Source of the DNA: a virus
DNA: 64,000 nt
Reading direction: 5' to 3' (one strand)
IMG/VR virus record: IMGVR_UViG_3300032046_000005
Location: 51,633-115,632 of that record
A program made the position numbers and the translations under genes. Positions within the stretch are counted from its first letter, which is position 1. The number at the start of each line of letters is the position of its first letter. The notes under the pieces are model-generated. The model did not search any database and was not told the DNA's origin. It saw only the letters and a list, made by a program, of their open reading frames with translations. Below are positions 29,219 through 38,627 of the stretch, in pieces.

Positions 29219-29401
29219 TTAAGTAACATCAACATATCCTTCAAACTCTTCGATTTTACCAATTACTCTTGTGTGTTTTGCGTGAGTAACATTTTGAAAG
29301 TAATTGATTCGATTCAAGTTTTCAAGATCGTCAGGATCAATTTGAATGTAAACTTTACATTTATTACAAGCCACTACTCGAATTCCTTGTTTGTTTATCA
29401 T
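29219..29401 (-). CDS. small CxxC...H..H zinc-binding protein
   Basis: ACNKCK...THAKH. Confidence 0.5.
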   Translation of the reverse strand: MINKQGIRVVACNKCKVYIQIDPDDLENLNRINYFQNVTHAKHTRVIGKIEEFEGYVDVT

Positions 29402-29642
29402 TTTTGAACACCTACACTATTATTATTGGACATTGACACTTGTTATAATCAACCATTTTAGACTTCAAAAAACACCACACCCATTGTTTTCCATCGTGAG
29501 TACAGTGTTTTTTGGAATGTTTGCAAATTATTTCCAAAAAAATCACTTTTTTTTGTTGTTAAGTATAGTATATATAATTTGATATATAAATTTATGTTTT
29601 TTAAATCAAAACATATAAATATATCTTATTATTTAATAACAT

Positions 29643-30410
29643 GTGATACAAACAAACAAAATATACAACATTGATTGTCAAGAAGGATTCAAACAATTGA
29701 ACGATAATTCGATACATTTGATTGTTACATCTCCTCCTTACAATGTCAACAAAGAATACGAAGAAAACCAAACATTTGATGATTGGTATGAACTAATGAA
29801 AGAAGTAATAAAAGAATCAAAACGAGTTCTCGTTTCTGGAGGAAGACTATGCATTAATGTAGCTAATATTGCTCGAAAACCTTATATTCCTTTAAATTAT
29901 TACATAATAGATATTTTACTTCAGATAAAATTTTTACTTAGAGGTATTATAATATGGGAAAAAGGAATATCTGGAGGAAAAAGTACAACTTGGGGATCTT
30001 GGAGATCTGCTTCTAATCCAGTTATTAGAGATGATTATGAATTTATTATTGTTTCTTGTAAAGATAAATACAAACTTGAACCAAAAGGTATTAATTCAAT
30101 TTCTTCAAAAGATTTTCTTTTTTGTTATAATGCAGTATGGCATATGAATGCAGAATCAAATCCTAATATAAATCATCCTACTCCTTTTCCAATTAATTTA
30201 CCAAAGCAATTAATAGAATTTTATACTTTTGAAAACAACATTATATTAGATCCTTTCATTGGATCAGGAACAACAGCAATTGCTGCCTTATTAACAAGAA
30301 GAAAGTTCATAGGATTCGAAAAAGAAAAAAAGTATGTTGACTTGGCAAATAAACGCATTTATCCATACTTAGGACAACAAAAAATAACAGACTTTACCAG
30401 TCATCAATAA
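29643..30410 (+). CDS. site-specific DNA amino-methyltransferase (beta class, N4C/N6A)
   Basis: IVTSPPYN catalytic motif, HPTPFP, LDPFIGSGTT SAM motif. Confidence 0.92.
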   Translation: MIQTNKIYNIDCQEGFKQLNDNSIHLIVTSPPYNVNKEYEENQTFDDWYELMKEVIKESKRVLVSGGRLCINVANIARKPYIPLNYYIIDILLQIKFLLRGIIIWEKGISGGKSTTWGSWRSASNPVIRDDYEFIIVSCKDKYKLEPKGINSISSKDFLFCYNAVWHMNAESNPNINHPTPFPINLPKQLIEFYTFENNIILDPFIGSGTTAIAALLTRRKFIGFEKEKKYVDLANKRIYPYLGQQKITDFTSHQ

Positions 30411-32196
30411 CAACTCTGCTTTTACCTCTCCTTAATTGTCTCCTAATTTCTTCTTCTTTATCTTCGGGAGTTTTGATGTTTCTATGAGTTAGATTATCTT
30501 CAAAATCAGCATACACGCTCATAATTTCTACAAATGGATCTTCACTAAGAGCAACTGGTATTTTCTGAAGTTCGTATTCTGCATTTGCCAACGCATCAAT
30601 GGCATCAAGTTTAGGATAATACGGAAACTTTAATATCTCGTTTGCAAGTTCAGAACGTTCTAATGTTGACATCATGCTTATTAATTCGTTTTTAATGGGT
30701 AATAAAAGGCGATCTTTTATTCGTTGAATTTTCTCTCCAGTATTATGCAAGTCCATGATTTCAGCATAAATAGCAATCTTGTTTGTTATTTGTTTACCAT
30801 CATGTATAAAATACACTCTAGAACGACACATTTCAATGAAATCATCTCCTCCTCCTTGTTTTTCAATTATGATTATGATTCGTATGCTTTCGTATTTTTT
30901 CTTGAATTCAATCACAAAATCGTTAATCTTTATGAGCAACTCTTCAAGCGTGGTATGTTCTGTCCAATCGTGTAATATGACTTTATGACCAGTGTTCATG
31001 TTTCTCAAACCAATCACACATCCGGTATAACTTGAAGATTGTTTCGTGGTTGTAGCTCGATCAATCGTTATGAAACAAATGTCATATTTCCGGTTAACTG
31101 GATCTTCAAGCAAGTTTATTGTCTTGATATGATCCCAAATTTCTCCTGTTATTGGGTGCGGATCTTGCTCATATTCAGAAAACCAAGCGTATTCTCCCAC
31201 GTGTTTTCTAGTTGCTTCTAAATTTATCTTTTTCTTTTTAAGATCTTTTTCAAATGAAGGTAAACTTGGATGAGTGAATAGTTCAGGACATAATAACGAT
31301 CCGTCTTCATTTCTTGTTTTTCTCTTATAAACAACTAAATCTTTACCAAATTTTTCTCCAATAAAATCAAAAAAGTCTCCTTCAAATTTATGAGTTCCCG
31401 TAAAACTCCACTTATCTGGATGAATTGGATAAAGCGAACTATTAAAATGAAGTTCAAGCGTTTCTTCTAAATGTCGTTCTTTCATGAATTTAGAATCAAT
31501 AGGATCATCAACCGAAATCCATAATTTTCGTTCTATTTTTCGTTGTTCTTCAACATATCTCTTGATTTCTTTAGGATCAAAAGCTCCATCTTCGTTATCT
31601 TCAAACATCTTTACAAAATCGTCCCAATCTTCATTAGACATGTTTTCAAAACGGTCTTGTCGACCTAATGAATGCATTCCTAGAGTATCTTTTGAAGTTA
31701 TCAAATAACAATCAAACTTGCCTCCATTTACTAACCTAAAATGAAATGGAGATGTCCTTTTATCTTTCTCAACCAATCTTTGTCGTTCAAAAAAAACATA
31801 AACTGTATATGCAATTTCTTTTCTTCGATCAGTCCATCCTAACAAAAGAACATCGTAGTTTTGGTACCACATTGCCCATTCGTATTTCCACGCGTATTCA
31901 ATTGATTTCCCATGATTACGAGGAACAAGCGTTTCTTCAAATGTAGATTCCCAAGTTAAATCGTGATGTTCTTTTTGCCATTTGAACAAACCTCTGAATT
32001 TAGGATATGTAATATATCTACAAAACTTTTCAAATCCAGGATCTTTTGTTGGAAGTGGAATTAGTTCTTCGTCTAATTCTGATTCTTCTCCATCTTTCTT
32101 TTTCTTTTTCTTTTTAGGATCGTCTTTCTTGATTATGTTTCCATTTAAATCCCATAAACCAAGCACGGTTTGTGGAGCATATTCTTCTTTAGACAA
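30394..32196 (-). CDS. terL: terminase large subunit
   Basis: WQ..H, Walker A VPRNHGKS, Walker B ISVDDP, GT coupling motif, EYEQDP, nuclease ITID...IIEKQGGG...K..RI...DAIDALA. Confidence 0.85.
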   Translation of the reverse strand: MSKEEYAPQTVLGLWDLNGNIIKKDDPKKKKKKKDGEESELDEELIPLPTKDPGFEKFCRYITYPKFRGLFKWQKEHHDLTWESTFEETLVPRNHGKSIEYAWKYEWAMWYQNYDVLLLGWTDRRKEIAYTVYVFFERQRLVEKDKRTSPFHFRLVNGGKFDCYLITSKDTLGMHSLGRQDRFENMSNEDWDDFVKMFEDNEDGAFDPKEIKRYVEEQRKIERKLWISVDDPIDSKFMKERHLEETLELHFNSSLYPIHPDKWSFTGTHKFEGDFFDFIGEKFGKDLVVYKRKTRNEDGSLLCPELFTHPSLPSFEKDLKKKKINLEATRKHVGEYAWFSEYEQDPHPITGEIWDHIKTINLLEDPVNRKYDICFITIDRATTTKQSSSYTGCVIGLRNMNTGHKVILHDWTEHTTLEELLIKINDFVIEFKKKYESIRIIIIIEKQGGGDDFIEMCRSRVYFIHDGKQITNKIAIYAEIMDLHNTGEKIQRIKDRLLLPIKNELISMMSTLERSELANEILKFPYYPKLDAIDALANAEYELQKIPVALSEDPFVEIMSVYADFEDNLTHRNIKTPEDKEEEIRRQLRRGKSRVVIDDW

Positions 32197-32317
32197 AATT
32201 TCAACTTTTTGTATATTTAAACAATAATAAATGTGTATAGAATTCTATATATTTCATTGTTTAAATAAAAAAATAAAAAAAATCACAAGTTTAATCTAGT
32301 TTTCATAATAGATTTGG

Positions 32318-32977
32318 TCAAGCATTTTTAATGACTTTTTCTAAATCGTCAAATGAAATTGACCATTTGTTTTCCAAACAATCGTTGTTTAACTTGACGT
32401 GCTTTTCAAAATATCCTTGCCAAAAAGGAGTAAAATGTTTATAATTTAACACATATTCAAGTAAACAACTACAAGACGTGTGATCCGAAATTCCATTAAA
32501 TATTCTAAATAAATTTGAAGGATAATCAATAAATTTAGCTGGATATTTCGGAACACATAATAAATCAATTCCATTCAAATAAACTTTTTCTGGTTCGTGA
32601 TCATACGAAATAAAAAACGGTTTATCTGTTAAATCTACAAGATCAATTAATTCTTCGTTATTAGAATCTTTACAACGAATCTTGTAATAATTAACTCCAA
32701 TTTTTTCACAAATTTCTATAGCTTCAGGATAATACATTGGAGTAAAAAACACTTCTTGTTCAATTGACTTGCCATATTGAAACAATTCATTTGCTTTTTC
32801 ATAGTCAAATATGATTGTTTTCAAAAAATCGTGATAAGGATTTCCTTGTATTTCATTTTCAGAAAAAAGTTGAAATTTAGACGCCCAACATCCAATTTCC
32901 TTGCTTCGTTTAATCATTTCTTTGGCTTCTTTCAAATTTTTGAAGTTACATCCACATTCTGCTATGATCTTTAACAT
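32318..32977 (-). CDS. neuB: N-acetylneuraminate/nonulosonate synthase family
   Basis: IIAECGCN, KFQLF, FFTP, YKI, CVPKYPA, GISDHT, FEKHV. Confidence 0.85.
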   Translation of the reverse strand: MLKIIAECGCNFKNLKEAKEMIKRSKEIGCWASKFQLFSENEIQGNPYHDFLKTIIFDYEKANELFQYGKSIEQEVFFTPMYYPEAIEICEKIGVNYYKIRCKDSNNEELIDLVDLTDKPFFISYDHEPEKVYLNGIDLLCVPKYPAKFIDYPSNLFRIFNGISDHTSCSCLLEYVLNYKHFTPFWQGYFEKHVKLNNDCLENKWSISFDDLEKVIKNA

Positions 32978-33612
32978 TTTCTTCCCTTATTTCTTTTACC
33001 TAACCATATTATCTTATCTTTATCAATCAAAAAAGGTGCTTCGTAAACTCCTGATGAACTATTTGTGTAAAACTTTTTACAACAGGCAATCAATCCTAAC
33101 AACTGATCGTGTGGTAAATTTGCATATGATTGATCTGGATTGGATCCAATAAATATTTCCTTAATTGTTGTTGTTTGATTATACAACACTAGATTGTAAG
33201 GTTCTTCAGGAACTTTAGACAAATCTATTTTAGAATCAAACAAGTGAATAGCTCCTATTATTTTCACGTTTGATTTTCTTCCAATTGATTTCAATATTTT
33301 TTTTGTAGTTTTTGCACATTTTTTACTTTCACACCATTGTTCGTTGCTCAAAATCGTGATACAATGCCTTAAATAATCGTCGTAGCAAGTTAAATACTTT
33401 TGTTTTACTCCTGTTCCGTAATGTATTATGTATTTATGTTTCATAAATGCTTCTAATGTCAAATCAAATATTTCTTTTCGATCTCCAATTGCAATAAATA
33501 TATCACAATTATCAATAGTATCTACAAACGAACAATCTTTTAATATCTGTTTCATGTTTTCAACTAAAACTTTATCAGATCTCGAACTGAAAGGAATCAT
33601 AATTTTTTTCAT
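32971..33612 (-). CDS. neuC: UDP-GlcNAc 2-epimerase (hydrolysing, NeuC-like), unusually short
   Basis: SRSD, GDRKE, IIH..G, DD.LRHCIT.LS, NPD, NSSSGVYEAP, G.R. Confidence 0.7.
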   Translation of the reverse strand: MKKIMIPFSSRSDKVLVENMKQILKDCSFVDTIDNCDIFIAIGDRKEIFDLTLEAFMKHKYIIHYGTGVKQKYLTCYDDYLRHCITILSNEQWCESKKCAKTTKKILKSIGRKSNVKIIGAIHLFDSKIDLSKVPEEPYNLVLYNQTTTIKEIFIGSNPDQSYANLPHDQLLGLIACCKKFYTNSSSGVYEAPFLIDKDKIIWLGKRNKGRKC

Positions 33613-33950
33613 ATTAATAATGGTTCAATTTCTTGTTTATAATAAAAATCAAATTGTGTTCTTCCTACTTTAACATACCGTTCTTGCCATTCAGGAGTCC
33701 ATTCATTTTTTTTGTTTAAAAATGGTGCTTCTTCGAATCGTTTTTTTATTTCCGGAATATATCCTTGTAGAAAGTATTCAAACAATAGATTTTTACTTGT
33801 AAGTTTACAATACAAATATCTTTTCAATTCTCCAATTATTTTGTTAGGATTTTCAGTAGTTTCTTTACTTGCAATTGCTTGTCCTGTTCTAGCTAAAAAT
33901 AGAAATATTTTTACCTGTTCTTGTGGAACTCCAAATAATTTTTCATCCAT
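33609..33950 (-). CDS. hypothetical protein
   Basis: ORF track; ATGA coupling to neuC. Confidence 0.55.
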   Translation of the reverse strand: MDEKLFGVPQEQVKIFLFLARTGQAIASKETTENPNKIIGELKRYLYCKLTSKNLLFEYFLQGYIPEIKKRFEEAPFLNKKNEWTPEWQERYVKVGRTQFDFYYKQEIEPLLI

Positions 33951-34080
33951 ATTATTTATGGACTTTCATTTTTTGTCGAACTTTGTATTTGTTCAATCAA
34001 AAATCTAATTCTTTTGCTTGTTTTTTTATCAATAGTTTCAGCAGCAATATCAAATAACCGGTTAATAATATCATCTATTT

Positions 34081-34323
34081 TCATTTTTCATCTTCCTTCA
34101 TATTGTTCATTATTCCATACACACTTACAAGTGCCATGTATATGTAAGCAAAGAACATCAAATAAAGTTGATTGTACAACATTAAAATAGCACACATTAC
34201 ATCTCCAAACATGAAAATATACAAGTTAATTCGTCTGTAAAGCGAATTGTTCATTTTCTTCGATGCAAGTAATGTCGTTCCAATCATGAATATTAACATC
34301 GATATAATTTCAATAATTTCCAT
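34081..34323 (-). CDS. small membrane protein (about 3 TM)
   Basis: Three hydrophobic stretches in 80 aa. Confidence 0.6.
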   Translation of the reverse strand: MEIIEIISMLIFMIGTTLLASKKMNNSLYRRINLYIFMFGDVMCAILMLYNQLYLMFFAYIYMALVSVYGIMNNMKEDEK

Positions 34324-34477
34324 ATTATGAATAATATTTTATTATATTTAAATTTTTTTTTAAATTTTTTTCTGGTTGGTTCTTCAATAGAAATTTCTAA
34401 TAATTAAGTCCAGATCCTAGAACCATTAATCTGAGTAGGTTTTAGACTAATTATTATCACCAATTTCCAGTAAAAAT

Positions 34478-34819
34478 CTAATTCATTTGTAAATAATCTT
34501 TCATCATATTTAAAATTTTTTCATTATTATCATTTTTAGGAACAAATCGTTCAAATGATTCTACAAACTTTATTACATCGCTCACATTCGTAAAAAATTG
34601 AGTATAAAAACCATGAATATTATAATGAGCAATAAAATTACAATGACAACATATATATTGATATAAATTTTGAGTAAAAAAATGTCGATTAAATCCTGAA
34701 TCTATGAATTTTTTAAAGATCTTGATGATATTAATTTCTTTTTTTTTCTTAGGTTTTTCTTCTTTTTCTTCTTTAATTTCAATTTTTTTAGATAAATTCA
34801 AGAATTTTTCTAAAATCAT
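34478..34819 (-). CDS. hypothetical phage-type protein
   Basis: F.R..FT..LY...FIAHYN..GFY..FF motif. Confidence 0.55.
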   Translation of the reverse strand: MILEKFLNLSKKIEIKEEKEEKPKKKKEINIIKIFKKFIDSGFNRHFFTQNLYQYICCHCNFIAHYNIHGFYTQFFTNVSDVIKFVESFERFVPKNDNNEKILNMMKDYLQMN

Positions 34820-34820
34820 T

Positions 34821-35063
34821 TTATTTTCTCTTTATTTCGATGTTTTGATAAAGTAATAATAAATTATTGATTTCTAACATCAAACATTCTTGTTTGCAAT
34901 AATGAAATTCTCGTAATTCATACATTTCATTTTTTCCTAATATTTTAATTAGAATAAGATACCAAGCAGTAGTTATATTTATTTCTTTTTTACAATGATC
35001 ACATATATATTTGATTGTCATGATATATGTAATAATAATCAAATATTTAAATAGTTGATTCAA
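34821..35063 (-). CDS. small Zn-finger protein
   Basis: YICDHCKKEI...HYCKQECL; start probably at MTIKY. Confidence 0.55.
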   Translation of the reverse strand: MNQLFKYLIIITYIMTIKYICDHCKKEINITTAWYLILIKILGKNEMYELREFHYCKQECLMLEINNLLLLYQNIEIKRK

Positions 35064-35096
35064 ATATTTAAAAAATTAGAAAAAAAAATTAGAAAT

Positions 35097-35660
35097 TTAT
35101 AAAATTTTTGTTCCAAAAACACTTAAGTCTAACAATGAATATTGATGACCACATTTAGAACATTCAAAAAATATCCATTGCCTAATTGTTTCAGAAGTTT
35201 CAGAAAGTCCTTTTACAAACCATCCAGATGATCCGTGTTCATAATATTGACAATTAGAAGGATTAAAAGGCATTTCACAAAATTTACATTGTTTCTTATA
35301 TTCACTTAATGAATTATAAATTCGATTAGCAATTTCAATAGGCATTGGTTTTATTTCTTCTGTTTTAGGAAAACGCTTTTCAATCCTTATTTTCTTTACG
35401 CATTCTGGACCAATACCTCTTTGAACCGATTCAAACACTGTCAATTCTCTTCCACAAATCTGACAATGATTTGAAGGAGAAAAAGAACTCCATTCATATC
35501 TATGAGTATTTTCATTCTTTTTCCATTCCCTTGCTTCATAAGGAATGTTTTTTTTGTCAAATCTATGTGAAACGCTTGCAATTTCGCTTTTTGTCTTAAC
35601 TTCTCTTCTAATAATTTTATCATTAGAAGAATTTTTAAATTCAATTTTATATTTAGTCAT
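35097..35660 (-). CDS. DUF6011-like Zn-finger protein
   Basis: CQICGRELT..SVQRGIGPEC plus a second CxxC..CxxC ribbon; leaderless behind a TATA box. Confidence 0.7.
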   Translation of the reverse strand: MTKYKIEFKNSSNDKIIRREVKTKSEIASVSHRFDKKNIPYEAREWKKNENTHRYEWSSFSPSNHCQICGRELTVFESVQRGIGPECVKKIRIEKRFPKTEEIKPMPIEIANRIYNSLSEYKKQCKFCEMPFNPSNCQYYEHGSSGWFVKGLSETSETIRQWIFFECSKCGHQYSLLDLSVFGTKIL

Positions 35661-35682
35661 AATTAGTATATATCATACTAAC

Positions 35683-35696
35683 TATTTAAATGTTTT
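35683..35696 (-). promoter_or_regulatory. archaeal BRE-TATA promoter AAAACATTTAAATA
   Basis: Exact motif about 23 nt upstream of the ATG at 35660. Confidence 0.7.
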
Positions 35697-35745
35697 GTTT
35701 TTTTATAATAAAAAAAAGAAAAAAAATAAAATTTAGGTTAAATAA

Positions 35746-35856
35746 TTAAACATCTTCATCGTCTTCAAAATCCAAATCATCGTCTTCATCTTCATCATCT
35801 TCAAAATCTCCATCGTCTTCATCTTCTTGTTTGGGTTCTTTTTGTTTTTTTGCCAT
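35746..35856 (-). CDS. 36-aa hyper-acidic microprotein
   Basis: MAKKQKEPKQEDEDDGDFEDDEDEDDDLDFEDDEDV; AAGTGA RBS. Confidence 0.6.
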   Translation of the reverse strand: MAKKQKEPKQEDEDDGDFEDDEDEDDDLDFEDDEDV

Positions 35857-35935
35857 TTTTTTCACTTTTATGTTTTTGTAATATGTTATTTAATCAAACT
35901 TCAAATTGTTGAAAATATAAAATAATTTTAAACAT

Positions 35936-36091
35936 TTAAATGTTATCATTTTCGTTATCAATATCAAAAATGCGATTATATGTTTCACATCCTACACAGT
36001 AATCGTAATTGCAATAATCATCGGTTTCTTTGCAACATTCGTCACAATTCCAATTACTATAATAATATGGACAGTCGTATGGAGGATTCAT
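35936..36091 (-). CDS. Cys/Tyr-rich microprotein (MNPPYDCPYYY...)
   Basis: Manual translation, 51 aa, 7 Cys; ATGA overlap with the upstream gene. Confidence 0.5.
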   Translation of the reverse strand: MNPPYDCPYYYSNWNCDECCKETDDYCNYDYCVGCETYNRIFDIDNENDNI

Positions 36092-36411
36092 TTTTCATCC
36101 TCTTCATCAAAATCAAAACAAATTGCCATTGCATTTTCTTTGAGTTTTTCGTAATCTTTTTTTAATTCAGAGTTTTCTTTTATTAATTCTTTAATTGTTT
36201 TAATTTTATCGTCAATTTCAGTTATCGCATCCTTTAATTGCTCTTTTAACTCCTTGATTTTATTGTTCAATTGGTTAAACGATTCCAAACATTGTTTATT
36301 AGCCAAATGGAAATTGTAATTGTCATCTTTCATCTCGGCATTTTCTTTCTCTAATTCTTTGATGTATCTATTTGCTTCTTCAGTAATATCCTTTTCGTAA
36401 TTAAAGTTCAC
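36088..36411 (-). CDS. coiled-coil protein
   Basis: YIKELEKENAE heptads; GGAGG RBS. Confidence 0.6.
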   Translation of the reverse strand: MNFNYEKDITEEANRYIKELEKENAEMKDDNYNFHLANKQCLESFNQLNNKIKELKEQLKDAITEIDDKIKTIKELIKENSELKKDYEKLKENAMAICFDFDEEDEK

Positions 36412-36434
36412 TTCTTTTCCTCCAATTTTCCATT

Positions 36435-36638
36435 TTATTCAATTTCAATCAATCCATTTGGATCAAATAAATCGTGTAATTTAAAAAAGCGAATTTTCCA
36501 TTTTTCTTTTACTTGTTTCAAATGAAAGTTTTCTTGCTTGAGTTCGGCGTTCTCTTTTACTAACCGTTCTATATATGCCGCAGAATCAAGAATATCTTCA
36601 TAACTTTTATAATGTTTTTCGCTCATTTTTATTATCAA
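36435..36638 (-). CDS. coiled-coil protein related to its neighbour
   Basis: YIERLVKENAELKQEN resembles YIKELEKENAEMKDDN. Confidence 0.5.
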   Translation of the reverse strand: MIIKMSEKHYKSYEDILDSAAYIERLVKENAELKQENFHLKQVKEKWKIRFFKLHDLFDPNGLIEIE

Positions 36639-36759
36639 CTCTTTTTCTCTTTTTTCTCTAACATTCGTAATTTGTTTTTAAGATTAACAATTTCGTTCAA
36701 TTGAAATAGGATTATTCCTATTAAGGTAAAAGTCGTCAAATATATTAAAAATATTTCGC

Positions 36760-37164
36760 TCACTTCTCTCCCGCCTCCTTTTCTTTTATTCTTTCGTACA
36801 TTTTCTTTAATTTTTCATATTCAACTTTAAAATCGTTCACATATTCATGCGAAGATTCTGGTACATTTTCAACAAGTTTTAAACATTCTTCCCAAGTTGG
36901 AATCCTTTTTTCACAATGATAAATCAAACCCATATGATCAAACAAGAATTCGTTTGGATCCCAATCATAAATACAAACTTTATTATTAGTTGTGTTATAA
37001 ATCCATTTTTTGTGTTTTTCGTTATCGTCCCACTTGACTTCAGCATTATAACCATCCCAATAATACACTTTCTCTTCCACAAAAAATACAGGATTGTTTC
37101 CACACGAAACAACTGCATCTTGACTGCATTTTTGCAGTTCTTCGATCAATTCTTTAACTTTCAT
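36760..37164 (-). CDS. hypothetical phage protein
   Basis: MKVKELIEELQK N-terminus, YYWDGY. Confidence 0.6.
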   Translation of the reverse strand: MKVKELIEELQKCSQDAVVSCGNNPVFFVEEKVYYWDGYNAEVKWDDNEKHKKWIYNTTNNKVCIYDWDPNEFLFDHMGLIYHCEKRIPTWEECLKLVENVPESSHEYVNDFKVEYEKLKKMYERIKEKEAGEK

Positions 37165-37534
37165 CTATTCTATCTCTTACTTCTGTTATTTTTTCACATA
37201 TTTCCCACAACAAACCAAGATGATTACAAGCTACTTTATTCTTAATAATATCGTTCCAATCTTTTTCTATTTTTTGTTCAAGTTCTTTCAATCGTTTTTT
37301 GTTTTTTTCTTCTTCTGTTATTTTTTGTTTTTTATAATATGTTTTCATTTCTTTCTTAGTTAATAAATCTTTAGGATACACGACAAATTGATTGTTTTGA
37401 GCAGTATAACAACACATATCATATTTTATAATTTTAAACTTCCCAGATACAAATAAAACTACTTTTATAAGTTGATACTTTCTAAACTTAGGCAATAATT
37501 TCCGATCAATTGGATATTCATATATTATTTTCAT
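37154..37534 (-). CDS. hypothetical protein
   Basis: ORF track; coupled overlaps. Confidence 0.5.
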   Translation of the reverse strand: MKIIYEYPIDRKLLPKFRKYQLIKVVLFVSGKFKIIKYDMCCYTAQNNQFVVYPKDLLTKKEMKTYYKKQKITEEEKNKKRLKELEQKIEKDWNDIIKNKVACNHLGLLWEICEKITEVRDRIDES

Positions 37535-37926
37535 TTTTTATCGTCTTTATTTTCATTTTTATCTGTAATTTCCCAAACAATGTAACAACTCTTATCTACA
37601 AGTTTCAATGCTTTTTCAATTGCTTCTTCTTCCGAATTTGCTTCAATATCGATTTTATCTTCAATCATGACTCTATATTTGTCAGGTTTGTAAAAATCTT
37701 CAATATTCCATACTGGTTTTGAATATTCCCAATTACTAACAATTTTAAATATTTCATGTTTTTGGTCATTTGTTAGTGTCTTGAATTCTTCTTTAAACTT
37801 CAAAACAAAATCATTTTTATCAATATCTTCTTCATAAAAACAATCAACCCACAAACATCTCCATTTTTTAAAATCTGGATCATAATCTAATGAATATTCT
37901 CCACATTTAGGACATTTCTTTACCAT
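37531..37926 (-). CDS. Zn-ribbon protein
   Basis: KCPKCG...WRCLWVDC; IEANSEEEAIEKA. Confidence 0.6.
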   Translation of the reverse strand: MVKKCPKCGEYSLDYDPDFKKWRCLWVDCFYEEDIDKNDFVLKFKEEFKTLTNDQKHEIFKIVSNWEYSKPVWNIEDFYKPDKYRVMIEDKIDIEANSEEEAIEKALKLVDKSCYIVWEITDKNENKDDKK

Positions 37927-37929
37927 AGT

Positions 37930-38115
37930 TCAGTTTCCACTTGGATCATCAAAACATATACCTTCACGATCAGGACATTCTCCTTTATCATCTATGTAAT
38001 AAATATTATTGTAAATTTTTCCATCAACTTCTTTTAATAAAGAATATCCTTTATTACATTTAGAAAATATATTGAATAAAATAGGTTTATATTTACAATC
38101 ATTACAAGTTTTCAT
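37930..38115 (-). CDS. small Cys-rich protein
   Basis: CNDCKY..C..C; TATA box upstream. Confidence 0.5.
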   Translation of the reverse strand: MKTCNDCKYKPILFNIFSKCNKGYSLLKEVDGKIYNNIYYIDDKGECPDREGICFDDPSGN

Positions 38116-38175
38116 AACATTTAAATATAATGCATCTAAATATTTAAACTTTTCAATAAAAAAAAAACAAAAAAA

Positions 38176-38358
38176 TTACAATCTATAAAGTTTTGTTATT
38201 AATGCAGATAAGTATCCTTTTCTCTCTTTTTTTGATTTAATTTCGATAAAAGCATCTACTAAATCAATTAATCCGGTTTCTAATCCTTCAACTTTCCTTT
38301 TTAACTTTTCTATTTCTTTTTCAAGATCTTCTGTTGTTTTTTTGTTCACTTCTGACAT
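38176..38358 (-). CDS. small coiled-coil protein
   Basis: ORF track. Confidence 0.5.
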   Translation of the reverse strand: MSEVNKKTTEDLEKEIEKLKRKVEGLETGLIDLVDAFIEIKSKKERKGYLSALITKLYRL

Positions 38359-38468
38359 TTTCTCATATTATTAAGTTTTGATATGTTAAAAGTAAAACAA
38401 ACATATAAAGTTTATTGATATACAAACATTTAAATATGAATAATTATATATACTAATTAGTGAAAAAT

Positions 38469-38627
38469 ATGATAAATGAAATCATAATTGATTTAAAAGC
38501 GTTAAAAATCTCACTTGAACGCGTTCCTAAAAATGTTGCTCCAAGTGAAGATAAAGAACTATATTTAGGAAAAGCACTTGAAGATTTGAAAGTGCTGATT
38601 CTTAAATATATGAAATTAAAGGATTAA
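38469..38627 (+). CDS. small hypothetical protein (MINEIIIDLKALK...)
   Basis: Manual translation, 52 aa; AAACATTTAAATA promoter and GTGA RBS upstream. Confidence 0.5.
   Translation: MINEIIIDLKALKISLERVPKNVAPSEDKELYLGKALEDLKVLILKYMKLKD

Noticed and set aside
33609-33950. Possible portal fragment (P..Q...GQAIASKE vs P..Q...GAGALVSKE)
   Set aside because: Match is too short to separate from chance
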